This document shows, in pieces, positions 51,108-64,000 of a stretch of DNA of 64,000 nucleotides (position 1 is its first letter; each line of letters begins with the position of its first letter). The position numbers and the translations under genes are program-made. Origin of the DNA: Blastocystis sp. ATCC 50177/Nand II (lineage: Eukaryota); contig JBBPEE010000035.1 of NCBI GenBank assembly GCA_039096935.1, positions 186,001-250,000 on the forward strand, given 5' to 3'. The notes under the pieces are model-generated. The model was not told where the DNA came from, did not search any database, and worked only from the letters and a program-made list of their open reading frames with translations.

Positions 51108-54100
51108 ATGGCGATTAAGGAGAACGAGCTGAGGGAAGTCGTGGTGCACTCCATAGGAGACAGCTTGGGTCTCTTGAAATCAACAAAGCTGTGGGTGTCT
51201 GCATGCATTTCTGAGCATCTAGAAACGACAGCGATTATTCCTTCGTCACGGCGGTGCGAAATGGAGAGCGAGTTTCCTTCCATGTACAAAAGGGGTCTTT
51301 GGAAGCAGGACTGCAGGGTGTGCGCATGTGGTATACTAGGGAGATTGGGAAACGGAAGGAGGAGGAAGTGTTGCGCGATTTGCTCCTTCCGTTATTGAAA
51401 CCGCTGCTGGCACCCACCACAGTCCTTCCATCTCGTGTGTATTACGAGTAGAAGGTAGTTGGACAACTGGTTCATGTGTACCGACGCATTGCTCTTTGGA
51501 TGCTGGTGTGCTTGAATCGCCTGGATCTCAGCGAGCTGTACACGCGGTGGATGGCGCTGTACGGGGACGATAAGTACTGCTCCTTGCCATTCGATTCTCG
51601 TTAGGGTGTGGATGCACGGATGCTTCACCCTTCTCTGCATGCTCTACGAGAATGCACAGTTCGTGGACGACCTTCTGCGCACTCCCTCTCCCGCCTCTTC
51701 TCTCATCGAAGAGATCGGCGACACTGCGGAACAGAAGCCAGCATTCCCTCCCAGCTTCTTCGTCCACCCGCTCGCCGGGTTGTGCAGCCTGCCCCCGCGC
51801 CTCGTCTCCACCTTCCTCCAGCCTCACCTGTCCAGTACTCTCTGCCCACGCCTCTGAAGCGTAGAAATGAACGTCCGATGGCTGGTTCCCGTGTACCATG
51901 CGACGCTGTACACCGTCCAGCACGCCTACCACGAAGAGGCGGGGTGTGAGAAGGTGAGCAGCGAGGACTGTATGACGTGCCTTCAGGCCTTCGCTTCGTT
52001 GTGCGCGTTGGACGGAGGTGTGAAGTCTAGAGTGCGCTCGCAACACAATCCCTTCGTGAGCGTGGTCTTGAAATTGGGGGACCACACCCGCGCCTTCTGG
52101 ACGCGGCTGCTCGACCTCGCGCGAGACCAGCTGGAGGCGTGCGAGCGCCAGCTGCGACGGTGCGAGCGCGACGGACTGGACGGGCGACAGTGGCAGCTGC
52201 AGTGGACACAGTGGTGGTGTGTGAGTGTAGGCGGCGCGAGGTCCAGAGCCACATGCAGGCGGTGCAACGCAGTCGGCTGCAGGAGTACGCGGTGCTTCTG
52301 GACAGCGTGGGGCTGCGCGTGCCCTCCGAGGAGAACCTGGCCACGGCGGCGGAGGTGGCAGGTGCGTTGGCGGGAACGGTGGGTGAGTCATGAGGATGTG
52401 AGAAATAGACGCAGTGTCGAGAAGAGAAGGAGAAGGGCATGTTCTATTCCTTGTTGCGCGTGCTGGTCTGTCGGCTCGCGCGAATGAGCGCCGCGGACTT
52501 GGAACGGGTGGCCACTCGTTTTCGAGTTCACGGGTAGTTCGCAACGGCGCAGCACCAGGCGCTTCTGGCGATCAGCATGAACGCGTCGCGGACGTTCAAG
52601 GAGGTGCCCCAGCTTCCCTCCAAACAGGCGGCGGAGGTGTTTGGCGACGTGCACGCGGTGGTGGAGGCGTTGTCGCGCGAGGTCCTTTTGTGTTCCACAT
52701 CGAAGGGAGAGGTGGCGGACGTGTGCGAGGAGATGATCGGCGCCCTTCGCGACCCGGACGCGCTGTTGGCGCATCGCACGGCGGTGGGTGCATGGCGGTG
52801 GGGTGAGGGCTAGACGGTAGTACTGGCACTGTGCGTGAAGAAGCACCCTGCGACGGTGTATGCGGCGCTGATGGCGGAGCTGTCGAAGGACACGGCCTCC
52901 AACATATTGAGTGTGCTATTGCAGTACGCGGAGGAGGAGAAGGGAGTATGGAACGAGGAGCTGGCGGCGCTGGTAGCACATGACCTGGGGCGTTTCGTTG
53001 GCTTGACGGATCACTGTACGTGCAATATGGAGGACTCGATCGAGGCGTTGGTGCGAAGCTTGCGTGGGGAAGGAACGAGCGAGTGAGTTATAGCCGTTGA
53101 GAAGGCGTACCACGCGGTGGGGGAGTGCGCTGGGTGGAAGAGGGAGAAGGGCGAGGCGCGGACGAGGCGACAGGGCGAGCTGCTGCGGCGATGCATGCAG
53201 GCTGTTGTGGGGCGTGTGGTGGTTGGGCAGCAGCCGGATCTGTTGGAGCGGCTCTTCAAAGGGGAGTTGTAGGAGTGGTGAGGACGTTTCAGGGTAGTTT
53301 CTTCGAGCGTGAAGCCTGCGCCGCCTGGGCCGCTGCCCACCCCGAGCAGTCACCATCACAGTCATCGTCTGAGCAGTCATCGTCTGAGCAGTCACAGTCA
53401 CAGTCTGAACAGTCACAGTCACAGTCTGAACAGTTGCAGCCACTCCACACGGAGGAACTGGCAGAGGTACTGTGGCGGTACGCGCAGACCCACGACGCGG
53501 CCTGCGTCGATCCTTGTATCCACTCCCTCTCCCACTCACTCGCAGGGCTGCCGTGCGTGGCGACGGCGCTGCGCGAGCGCGCGGAGGTGGCGGCGATGGC
53601 GGCGGAGGGCGAGCTGAACGAGATGAACCCCGCCTTCGCGGCGTTCACGGTGCTGGGCCGTCTGGGCGTGCTGAGCTGCGAGGTGGAGGTGCCGTACGGC
53701 CTGAGCCACCTGGCGGGCGTCGTGAAGGAGGACGAGGCGTCCGTGCGAGCAGCCGTCGCCGCGTACTGGCGTGACTTCCCCGCGGTGATTCGCTTCCTCG
53801 TCCAGTATCTCACGGAGCAGACGGAGGAGGCGGCGAAGAAGCGAATCATGCGATGTCTGCTGTGCTACGCGTGGCCGCTGCAACAACATGTCTTCTCCTT
53901 CTTCTACTGGGTGTACTTCCTTCTTCTGGAGGAGTGCGCGCCGCCGCCGCTGTTCCCGCCTGCTCTGCCGCTCGCCCAACTGCACTCCATAATTCTGCAC
54001 TATTTCCAATGCGTCTTTTTCACCAACCAGCCCTCTCTGCCCACCTCGCTCTTCTCCTCCTCCTTCTCCTCTCTTCTCCGCGCCCTTGCCTTCTACTGCA

Positions 54101-54826
54101 AGCGCTCTTCAGCCTACGAGGACTCGGCGCCCACCGACTTCTCCTCCATCTCCGCAGCCAGCCCGTACCTGCGGACGGGTACGACGATGGTGCTGGGAGA
54201 GTGCATGATAAGGGAACTGGAGAGAAAGCGGCCGCAGCTGCCGAAGAAGATCGAGGTGGTGTCCGAGGCGGAGGCGTGCCGTTGTGTGGAGGCGTACGTG
54301 GAGGTGCTGCGGGAGGTGAGCGAGTATGAGAGAGTGCGCGATCATCCCGATCAACTGTTCCTTCTGTATTCGGTGCTGGAGGTGATTGCATTCACTGCAG
54401 AGAGGGAAAAGGAATCACGGGCGTATTTGATGTACCGCTTCTACAACTGGATGGTGCTCATTCTGCGCACCGTTCCGCAGACCACGCCCATACGCTGTGT
54501 TGGAGGTGTAGTGATTGTTGCGTGTGTATCATGTGTAGTTCCTTGATTCCTACTACGAAGGAACGGATGGACTGAAACTGACAGAAGATCAGGCAAGGGA
54601 AGTAGCCACTATTTGCTGCAGAATCTACGACAGCGATAAGAGCCAAGTGGGACAGACTGAATGGGGTGAGGAGTAGAAGAACGCGTTTGTGCTGCATATT
54701 CTGAAGCTCCTCCTCGCCCATCATCCTCACGTCCTCTCTTCGTTGGAATCCGGTGACTTGCTCCGATTGCGCAAGGAACTGGGTGGGGGAAACCGGACCC
54801 TCGTGCAGGAAATGAATGGCCTATAA
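51108..54826 (+). CDS. large hypothetical alpha-helical protein (many introns) with SEQSQSQ repeat
   Basis: Chain of open exons separated by ~30-nt GT-AG introns; TAA at 54824 then TGTTTGTT; family not recognised. Confidence 0.6.
53344..53433 (+). repeat. coding low-complexity repeat (EQSPSQSSSEQSSSEQSQSQSEQSQSQSEQ)
   Basis: Repeated CAGTCA/TCTGARCAG units. Confidence 0.8.
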
Positions 54827-55011
54827 ATCAAGTGTGGAGGAAGGCTGTTTGTTGTGAAAATACAGTAGAAGAAAACCGAGGGGATCACGGACAACGAGTT
54901 TATACAGGAATCCAACACAGGCGAATGGCGTGAAACCGCCTCCTCACCATTCATTCTAAGACGGGCTGATTCTCACAGTTCCTGTTGATATACCAATTCT
55001 TTTATCTCAGA

Positions 55012-55606
55012 ATGAAGTTTAAGTATGTTTCTGTCTTTGTAGCTCATCTGCAACCCCCAGGAGAGTGCGCTCTATGTAGTGGACGAATAGCGTCTCTCCC
55101 TTTCATCCATTCAATTCATTTCGACTCATGAATGCAATTGGAACGCATTTAACCGTTGTGTAGTCCTAGCGTCTCATCTTCCCGCCGCACGACTCGCAAG
55201 GCCCACTTCTCTGCTCCCTCGAGCGTCCGCCGTGTGATGATGTCTTCTCCTCTCTGCGAGGCTCTGAAGAACAAGTACAACGTGAATCTCGCCTAATGAT
55301 CATAACGCGCAGGTTGGTGCCATGCCCATCGTGAAGGGCGATAAGGTGAAGGTGCTGCGCGGCAGCAACAAGGGCAAGGAGGGCAAGGTCGTGGAAGTCT
55401 ACAGAAAGAAGTGGGTCATCCACATCGAGGGCCTCACTCGCGAGAAGGTCAACGGCTCTTCTGCCAAGGTCGGTATTGACGCCTCCAAGGTGGAGATCAC
55501 CGAGCTGAAGCTGAACAAGGACAGAAAGAACATCCTTGAGCGTAAGGGTCGCAAGGCCACTGGCAAGTACACGGAGAAGGACGTCAACATGGCTAATCTG
55601 GATTAA
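55012..55606 (+). CDS. RPL26: 60S ribosomal protein L26 (uL24)
   Basis: [54 protein letters not shown]; first intron 55023-55163 (141 nt). Confidence 0.97.
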
Positions 55607-55731
55607 GTGTACTGAGCTCATGAAGTGGTATATTACTCGACGGCTGTTTGTTAAATCCGCGTGAACGAGTTCTGTGTTGCTACCTTCATCTGGCTACGGC
55701 TTTCAGTTAACTAGTTTTCTCTTATCCCAAC

Positions 55732-57159
55732 ATGGCTACTTGCATTTTCCCAACATCGGAAGTGGTCTACGCCGCTGCCATCAAGGACGGGGTCGTTCAG
55801 CTCTTAGGAAGGGGGAATCAGCCCATTTCTTCCTCCACGTGCTATCTCCCCCGAAATGCAACGAAGGACTCGATCAAGACGATCTCTCCCTTCAAATCCA
55901 TGGAACAAGACCTGCCCTTTTCATTCGCGTTGTTTGGGCCGGGACTCGATGGGAGGTTGGTCCGTGTACTGAAGTCAGCATGCAGCGTGACTGCCCAGCA
56001 GAAGGCAAATGGCGACATTCAGTATGTCCATAACGGACGTACTATTGATGTGGAAACCGTCGTGAATACTGTATTCTCAAATATCGTGTCAAAAGTGAGG
56101 GATGCTCAGGGATCGATTCGAACCCTTGGCTTTGTGGTTCCCGATCATTTCTCCGTGCTTAGGCGCGCTGCACTGTTCCGAATGGTGAAGGGGAATCTGC
56201 TGAACGAAGACGTGAAGGTGAAACTGGTGAATCAGTCTGCGACGATTGCTGCATCCTGTATGAAGCATGTCCCGGAAAAGTGCAACATGCTCATTGTCCG
56301 CATTGACACCGAAGGCCTGACAGTGAGCATCTACAGCATCGATCGAAAGCAAGCGACTCCAGTTATCAGCGTGTCGGATGCATCCGTTACAGAGGTCGAT
56401 GTGCTGAAGGCCACGCTGGATGCCTTCGTCCGCCGCGTTGAATCGGCGGGTCTTGCTCCCGAGTTCAAGAAGATGGACGAGAACATGAGAATCCGAAAGG
56501 AGTGTCGCTACCTGGAGATCATCCGCAGTCTTTACGCGATGACGAATGAAGATGCGACGATCGAGCTGAGCGACGGAAAGGAAGAAGAGATCGGAGAGGA
56601 CGACTGCGGAGAGGCCGTCCGGTCGCTCGTCGCGCCTGTCTTCAATATGATTGAAAACTGCCTTCTCCTGAGCAACATGTCCTTGGCGATGATCAACGGC
56701 ATCGTTGTGTCTGGATGCACGACACGCTTTCCCGCATGGACTGAGGCTCTGAAGCAGAAGTATCGCAAGGAAGTGACCTATGTGAGCGATTCGGACATGT
56801 GCTGCGAAGGAGTGGAAATGGTGTCTGGCATGGTGTCCTCCGTGAAGCAGTGCTCCCAGGCCGCATACAGCGTGGGACTGGACAGCGATCAGGTGCTGTG
56901 CATTCCCAGCGGAACGTGTTTCCCTTCGCCGCGATTCGAGAAGAAGTGCGCGCTTACGTACACGAGCGGCGTGAGCTCGAAGGATTTATTGGTGCTGGAG
57001 CAGCAATTCGGTGACAAGAGCCCGAGGGTGGTGGATCGGAAGAATCTGAATGAGCTCCGCGAGGGTGATGTATACCAGCTGCAGGTGACAATGAACTTGG
57101 ACGAGAATGGCTTTGTCATCACGGATGTGAAACGGAATAAAACGAGTACTGAATTGTAA
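55732..57159 (+). CDS. intronless divergent Hsp70-like protein
   Basis: LGFVVPDHFSVLRRAAL, KLVNQSATIAA, IVVSGCTTRFP resemble Hsp70 NBD motifs; beta-rich C-terminus ending MNLDENGFV. Confidence 0.6.
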   Translation: MATCIFPTSEVVYAAAIKDGVVQLLGRGNQPISSSTCYLPRNATKDSIKTISPFKSMEQDLPFSFALFGPGLDGRLVRVLKSACSVTAQQKANGDIQYVHNGRTIDVETVVNTVFSNIVSKVRDAQGSIRTLGFVVPDHFSVLRRAALFRMVKGNLLNEDVKVKLVNQSATIAASCMKHVPEKCNMLIVRIDTEGLTVSIYSIDRKQATPVISVSDASVTEVDVLKATLDAFVRRVESAGLAPEFKKMDENMRIRKECRYLEIIRSLYAMTNEDATIELSDGKEEEIGEDDCGEAVRSLVAPVFNMIENCLLLSNMSLAMINGIVVSGCTTRFPAWTEALKQKYRKEVTYVSDSDMCCEGVEMVSGMVSSVKQCSQAAYSVGLDSDQVLCIPSGTCFPSPRFEKKCALTYTSGVSSKDLLVLEQQFGDKSPRVVDRKNLNELREGDVYQLQVTMNLDENGFVITDVKRNKTSTEL

Positions 57160-57288
57160 TTGCTGTATCGTGTTTGTTGGACTCACTGCACCTGCACACC
57201 ATGCTCCAAATAGGTTGCTGCCACTTCCGTTGCATAATACTGCTTAATCACACTCTTCCTTTTCTTCGTGACACGGATCGCGGAAGCA

Positions 57289-59862
57289 ATGAACATCATC
57301 GCAGATAGGTAGATGCGCATAGAACCATCCATGATAGGCCCGTTGACACGGTAATCGACGGCGATCAGCTGATCATCCGTCCTTTGGGTGCTGGAAGAGA
57401 AGTCGGAAGGTCCTGCATCTATCTGAGCTACAAGGGCAAGGTCGTTCTGTTTGATTGTGGTATTCTTCCAAAGTACCGACTTTCTCCCTCCCCTTACCGT
57501 TAGTGGCGTGGGCAAGGGATCCTTACCCCTGCTAGATGCTATCGAAGATGATTATGTGGATCTGGTTCTGATTTCGCACTTCCACTTGGATCATTGTGGC
57601 GCTCTCCCCGTGCTGCCTCGTACGTTTGAAATTGCATCCATTACGCACAGAGCGCAGTTTCTTCCACAATGGTGAAGATGGGAAGAAGCGCACTCGCATC
57701 TTCATGACGTACCCCACGCGCGACATCATGAAGAGTCTTCTGACCGACTACCTGTCCATTTCTTCCAGCGAGAGCGAAGCGGAGACCATCTACACGGCGC
57801 AGCAACTCGAAGCGTGCGTGAACTCGATCGAGACCATCAACTACCACGAGGAGCGATGGCACAACGGAATCAAGATCACCTGCTTCCAAGCCGGACATGT
57901 CCTCGGAGCGGCCATGTTCTGCGTGGAAATCGACTCTGTTCGTGTCCTGTACTCCATTTTTTATCTCGTTCACTCTAGATACACCGGCGACTTTTCCCGC
58001 GAAGAGGATCGCCATTTGCCTGCCGCAGAGATTCCTCCGTTCCACCCCAACGTGGTCATTGCGGAGAGCACCTACGGAAAGACGACCCACGACAATCGCA
58101 AGGATCGCGAGAACGAATTGGTGAGTAATGCTGCATTGGCATAGTCACTCGCAGCAAAGGTGGTGGCGACGCTGAAGAAGCGCGGCAAGATCCTTCTGCC
58201 GGTGTTTGCGCTGGGACGCACGCAGGAGCTGCTGCTGCTGCTGGACGAGTATTGGGAAAAGCACCCCGACATGAAACGCCTGGGTAGTATTATCTACCTG
58301 AACCAGTTGGCAAAAAAGAGCATGAATTTGTTCAAGGTGGGAACAGGGCGGGCGTTTCATCGTAGCGATCGATTGACATGATGAACAACACCATTCGATC
58401 GCGCGTGAGTGACCACAACCCTTTCGATCTTCGTAACGTCACCATCCCCAACAGTGTGGACGAGGTGGAGATGGCGGGAATTGTTGAGGCGTAGTGGCTG
58501 GCCACGGAGTTCAGCGCGATTCCGCCGTGCGTGATTCTGTGTTCTCCGGCGATGATGGACAATGGAACGTCTCGCATCGTGCTGGAGAAGATGGCGGGAA
58601 ACGAGAACAACCTGATCATCCTGACGGGCTACTGCATGGCGGTGGATTCCCGCGGGAGGCGTGAGGCGTAGAACACGGTGGCGCGTCGGCTGAAGGACGG
58701 CGAGAAGATGATTCAGATCATGAACGGCAAGATCTCGGAGCAGATCGAGGTGCGCTGCCCTGCCACTACCATCTCCTTCTCCGCGCACTCCGACTTCCCC
58801 GGCACGCTCTCCTTCATTCGCGACACGGAGCCCGAGCGTGTGGTGCTGGGTGAGAGAGAAGTGAGCGAGTGAGTTGTAGTGCATGGTGAGGTGTCGAAGA
58901 TGGACGCGCTGAAACAGGGACTGGAGGAGGAGCTGGCGGAGCGCATCAACGAGGGGTCGCTGACGGTACGCGCAGGCCTTGATGATCATGGGTAGGTGTA
59001 CACGCCCGAGAACCAGAAGGCGCTGAAGTTCCGGTTCAACTCGCCCATGTTTGTGCGGATTGTGGGGCGCGCGGCGGAGCAATCACTGAACGTGCATGAC
59101 GAGATTCGGGGCGTTTTGGTGAAGAAGGACTTCCAGTATCAGTTGATGAATCCGGAGTGGGAGAAGGAAGGTGTTTTGAATGGTAGGGATTTGTGCACCT
59201 TCACGCAGCTGAAAGTGCGCCGCATTCTGTACCGCGAGCACTTCAAATCGCGGCTCGACTTGGCGGGAATGGCGTCGCTGTGCGCGTTCGTGTCATCCAA
59301 GGTGGAGCTGGTGGAGGAGGCGTGAAGGAGTGATGAATAGAACGAGGCGAAGACGACGGTGGTGTGCGACGGCAAGATCACGGTCACCCTCCTGCACCAG
59401 CAGAACTGTGTGGCGGAGTACGTGATCGAGTGGATGAGCGACTACGAGACGGACGTGCGCGTGGACTCGCTGCTGATGCTGGTTCTCCAGCAGGACGCCA
59501 ACATCCTGTCGCCGCTGGTGCGCGTTGGAGGGAAATGTGAGTGGTAGAGAGCGCAGACGCTGTGTGACTTGCCACAGGAGGGAGAGACGCCGATGCCGAA
59601 TGCGTGCGCACCGGGTCTCCGTGCAGAGGGAAAGGAGGCCGTGGTGAAGGAGGTGTTGGAGGAGCAGGTGAGGAAGAGAAGAGGGAGTGAAATGTAGTTT
59701 GGTGCGGTGGAGGAGGAGGAGGGCTCGCCCTTCTGGAAGATCGTCATGCCGGAGGGAATGGAGGTGTTCGTCCACCGCCAGAATTGGAGCGTGGAATGCG
59801 AGGATGACACGATTGCGGAGTCTGTTCGCGAAGTTGTTCGTATGGTTTTAGATATCATGTAA
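57289..59862 (+). CDS. CPSF3: cleavage and polyadenylation specificity factor 73 (MBL/beta-CASP endonuclease)
   Basis: [79 protein letters not shown]. Confidence 0.95.
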
Positions 59863-59969
59863 TCCCGTCTGTTTGTTTGAAAGCGCTTCTTTTCTGCAGT
59901 GTAGAAAAAGGGTTCGTTTTCTGTCATCGTTGGATCGCATCATTTGAGCTTCCGTTGTCCCATCTGCAG

Positions 59970-62139
59970 ATGAATGGTGCGAGTGTAGAACAGGAGGCTG
60001 CGGCTGCAGACGCTGAAACGAAGAAGGAGAAGGGAGTGAGTAAAGCCACTGCACAGAAGCTGCTGGCCAAGTACAAACAACTCCAGGTCGCTATTTCAGT
60101 CGTATTGTGATGGATAGGCCGCACATGACGCACTTCAAAAGACATACGATGCGACTGCCGAAGAACTGAAGCAATTGAAAGCCGAACTGGGCGAGAAAGG
60201 AAGGGGGGTGGAGGAAATGAAAAACGATCATCAGGAATCATTGGCGTTGATAGAAGACCTCAAAAAGGTGGCAGCGAATGCCACTGCGGAGAAGGAGCAA
60301 TTGCAGCAGCAGTACGACTCTCTAGTGAAGGCGAATGCCGGTTTACAGGCGAGAGCTCAAGAGAGCGAATCTAAATGGAATGCATTGGCGGAGGAAAACA
60401 AGAGACTGAAGGTGGGAGTGCCGAAGACGCCGGAGAGCAAGCAGCTGGCGAAGTGCCAGCAGCGCATTGCCGAGCTGGAGGCGGAGGTGGAGGCGGCGAA
60501 CAAGCGATCAAGCGACGTGTTCGAGGAGGGAAAGGCGCTGGCGAAGAAGCAGCTGGAGATCGAGACGAAGGATCGAGCGCTCAAGGCGAAGCTGCGCGAG
60601 CGGAACGAGGAGCTGGCGGCCGTGAAGAAGCAGCTGAGCGAGACGTCGTTCAAACTGGAGAAGACGACGGAGACGGTGATGAAGCTGCAGGACCGTCTGG
60701 AGAACACGTCGTCGAGTCATTCAACAAACAGCAAGAAGCTGGAGGAGGTACAGCGCGATTACGACAACCTGAGGCAATTGCATGATGAGCGCGAGAAGCT
60801 GTACACATCGCTGAAGGAGGAGTCGGCGGGCACGGCCGCGGCGCTGGCGCACGCCACGTCGGAACTGGAGTCGGCGAAGAGCGAGCTGAGCGCGCTGGAG
60901 TTGGAGTTGTCCCTAGCGCAAAACCACGAGAAACAGCTGGAGGAGGCGGCGACCCAAAGCTCCGAGGCGTACGCGCAGCTGCAGAAGGAGGCGGCGGCGC
61001 GGGAGCACGCGCTGGAGGGCGCGGTGGAGCGCGTGGAGGAGGAGAAGCGAGGGCTGTTGGAGCGGCTGGCGCAGGCGGAGCAGGCGGCGAGCGAGAAGGC
61101 CGTGGAGGGCGCGAAGGAGGCGGAGGAGGAGAGACGAAAGCAGGCGGAGCTGGTAGCGCGGCTGGGCGAGCTGGCGACGGAGCTGCGCGCCGTGAAGGCG
61201 AAGAACACGGCGCTGGTGGCGGAGGCGGCGGAGGCGGCGGTGGGCGCGGCGAAGGAGAAGGAGGCGGTGGTGGAGGCGAAGGAAGCAAAGGAGAAGGAGA
61301 ACGAGGAGCTGAGAGCGGCGGGCGCGGCACTGCGTGCGAAGATGGAGGCGCTGGAGGGGGAGTTGGCGGCGGCGAAGCAGCGCGAGGCGGAGAAGGCGGG
61401 GGAGTTTGCGCGGGAAGTGGCGGCACTGCAGGCGGAGGTGGAGAGACAGAAGAAGGTGGCGCGGCAGTCGGAGAGCAGCCAGAACGACGAGATGCGGCAG
61501 ATGCGCGAGCAGTTCGAGCTGGTGAACGGACGGTACGACGAGATGAAGAAGCTGGTCAGCGTGCTGAAGAAGCAGCTGCAGGAGCGACCCGCCAACCCTC
61601 TGGTGAGCACGCAGGGAAACTCTCTTGTGAGCACGCAGGGAAACTCTCTTGTGAGCGCACAGGGGAATGCACAAGCCAGTGCACAAGCAAATACGCAGGA
61701 AAACCCTCTTGTGAGCCCGTCGCTGACGCTGGAGGTGGCGAAGGAGGGAAGCGGAACGGAGGCGGCGCGGGAGATTTCGGCGCGGGTGCGAGAGTTGGAG
61801 CAGAGCGAAAAGTCAAAAGACGGGCGGATTTCGTCACTGGAGCTGCTGGTGGAGCGACTGAAGAAGAACGAGGAGAGCAACACGAACGAGCTGATGGAGC
61901 TGAAGGTGCAGAACGACGAGCTGGAGAAGAAGGCGGGAAAAGTGGCGGAGTTGGAGGGAGAGTTGTACAGCCTGCAGGTGAAGTACAACGCGATGGTGGA
62001 CGAATACACGGAGATGCGGGAAACGGTCACGGACCTGCGGGAGGAAAAAGTGGGGGCTTGTGGGAGATGTGAGGATTAGGAGTTGTACAAGCAGCAGCTG
62101 CAGCAAGCGTTGAGTTTAGTGCATGCGAATGGTGAATAG
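59970..62139 (+). CDS. TMF1: TMF1/Sgm1-like golgin coiled-coil protein
   Basis: EEGKALAKKQLEIETKDRALKAK and C-terminal KYNAMVDEYTEMRETVTDLREEK-ELYKQQL resemble the two conserved TMF domains. Confidence 0.75.
61594..61665 (+). repeat. 3x 24-bp coding tandem repeat (N[PS]LVS[TA]QG)
   Basis: Units at 61594, 61618 and 61642. Confidence 0.85.
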
Positions 62140-62175
62140 TGTATTATGGGAGTGTTTGGGTCCACAAACACAAGA

Positions 62176-64000
62176 CTAAAAGAAGTAGCGATTGACAACG
62201 TACATGCACACAATAGCAACGAAAACAATGCAGAGAATGACCTCCACCGAGATATCGGAGGAGTATTTGATCTAGGCGTCAATGCCGCGCAGAATGCCCA
62301 CAGAGTACTTAATCTCGCTGCACTGGGCGATCGACACGTACTTGCTCATCAGCTCCTTCGAAAACTGCTGAAAGTCGTTCAGTCCCTTCAGCAGATTCAC
62401 CAACTGCAGCTGGTCGGACTGACTGTCCGCCCTCAGCATCTGGAAGTCGATGTCCATAAACGACCCAATGTAGTAGCTGAACTGGTTGCACAGATTGACG
62501 ATGTCCAGGAACAACTGCTGGTACTGATGCTGCTGACTGGGGTACTCCTTCCGGTAGTACTGGGACAAAAACTCCCTCGTAATCACCACGGAAGAGTTCT
62601 GGATGGGATTACCTCTACATATGACGCTAGCCAACCGATGCAACAGAATAGTATAGAAGTTTTTGTTAATTTGGTGGAAGGTGACCTCGATCCGGTCCAT
62701 AATCGTGTTCAGGAGCAAGAGCAGCTGATTGCGCTGGTACACGTCCGAAAACAGTTTGCTCACGGACACGGGATCATTGTACTGGAAGGGGGAGTGGCCC
62801 AGCGGCAGCACAAACCGCGTTTCCTGGTTGGCAGAAATCTTCCCGAAATTCTCCATCCCGACGAATCCCTCAAACAGCGCGCTGACAACGAAGTTCGCCA
62901 CCCGGTCCCCGCGGTTGTCATCGTTCTGCCTGTCTGGTTCCGTCGAATAGCCTCGTGGGAAGGAAGACTCCGAGCGGATGACGATTATGGCATCGTCGGA
63001 GAAGAAATAGGGTAAGTTGCCCTCGAAGACGACCTTCATGTCCTTCACGTCGAGAACGAATATGGAGAACATGGAGGAGGCATCTACGATTCAAAGCGTG
63101 AAAACGAGGAAACCGGATGCGGTGGGAAAATGGTGCTGGTTGAACAGGTTGTCGCGCGTGGCAAGAGCGAGCTTCAGCACACTCTCCAGCTGATGTCCAT
63201 CCTACTGGGAATTGTCCGCGCCGAACACTACGATGTGCTTCTGCGCCTCGTACTCGATCGAGCTCTTTCCGTTGTACAGCGAAATGGACTCGATGTAGGT
63301 GGAGCGAATGGAATTCAGTAATGTCACGTTCGTTCTCAAGTTTACCATATCCGTCACCAGATGTGCACGACGCGTGCGCATGTGCGTCTTGAACAGTCCT
63401 CGCAGCTTGATCTTCACCTCCTCCAACTCCTGCTGATACTGGATTAACCGCGGGGAATACTCGTCCGCGTCGGTGAAGAACACGATCGAAGTCAGGAGCT
63501 GCTGCTGCGGCGCGAAGGTCGTGGCGTTCACGATGTTGGTGAAGAGCACGTTTTGGAGGAGAAACTTGGTTGTGGACACGATGGAGGCCGACTTCAGACT
63601 TCGATCTGTGCGTGATTCGGCGAGTGTGTCGATACCGAAGAGATAGCTGTATGGAATGGTGTTGTGGATGTTGTTGTCGTCAACATCGCTAGACACGACG
63701 ATCGGACCCGCAGAGATGTCGATGAAGATGAAACGCTCCGAAGCGATGAAGTACTATGCATAAAGCGATTATGAGAGGCCCACAGTGCTGAGCGTATTCT
63801 CGTTGTTGTTGAAAAAGTAGTAGTTGTAGTAGTAGGCATCCGCATTCTTGTCGTTCGACGGAAGCATCGTCGTTTTGGAGGGATTGATGAAGATGAGCTA
63901 CAAATGAAAAGTCAAGTGAGATAGACACCGCGGGAGTGGTTTTCACGTCAGTAACGTACAGTGCATTCGTCTTCTCCAGCACTACACTGAACTAGAGTGG
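62176..64000 (-). CDS. hypothetical protein with C-terminal transmembrane helix (5' part outside the window)
   Basis: Open exons; last exon IKYSSDISVEVILCIVFVAIVCMYVVNRYFF-TAG followed by TGTTTGTG. Confidence 0.6.

Overview
Gene-dense eukaryotic DNA, almost certainly Blastocystis (anaerobic gut stramenopile). The evidence is ~30-nt GT-AG introns, tiny intergenic gaps, a TGTTTGTT motif just past most gene 3' ends, and MRO-targeted complex I and AspRS genes. About 31 spliced or single-exon protein genes can be reconstructed by eye: KNL2/M18BP1, SHOC1/Zip2-like, ER DnaJ, GNAT, RPB1, two degenerate Hsp70-like proteins, Sec24, PRP19, PP2A-A, Dim1, SLC13, Sac1, SRP68, OST4, RACK1, kinase-MORN, EF-hand protein, LSG1, RPL11, NECAP, beta-tubulin, NDUFV1, CH-domain protein, mito AspRS, RPL26, CPSF73, TMF1 and three unknowns. 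The most striking element is an intact 1.72-kb pogo/Fot1-like DD35D DNA transposon (perfect 46-bp TIRs, TA duplication) inserted into a Sec24 exon. It carries a perfect five-unit heat-shock element just upstream of its transposase. Other highlights are four genes whose stop codon appears to be created by polyadenylation, back-to-back 3'-end motifs between convergent genes, a meiotic crossover gene, and a PHD-KNL2 fusion. Gene coordinates are genomic spans including introns, inferred manually; no database searches were run.
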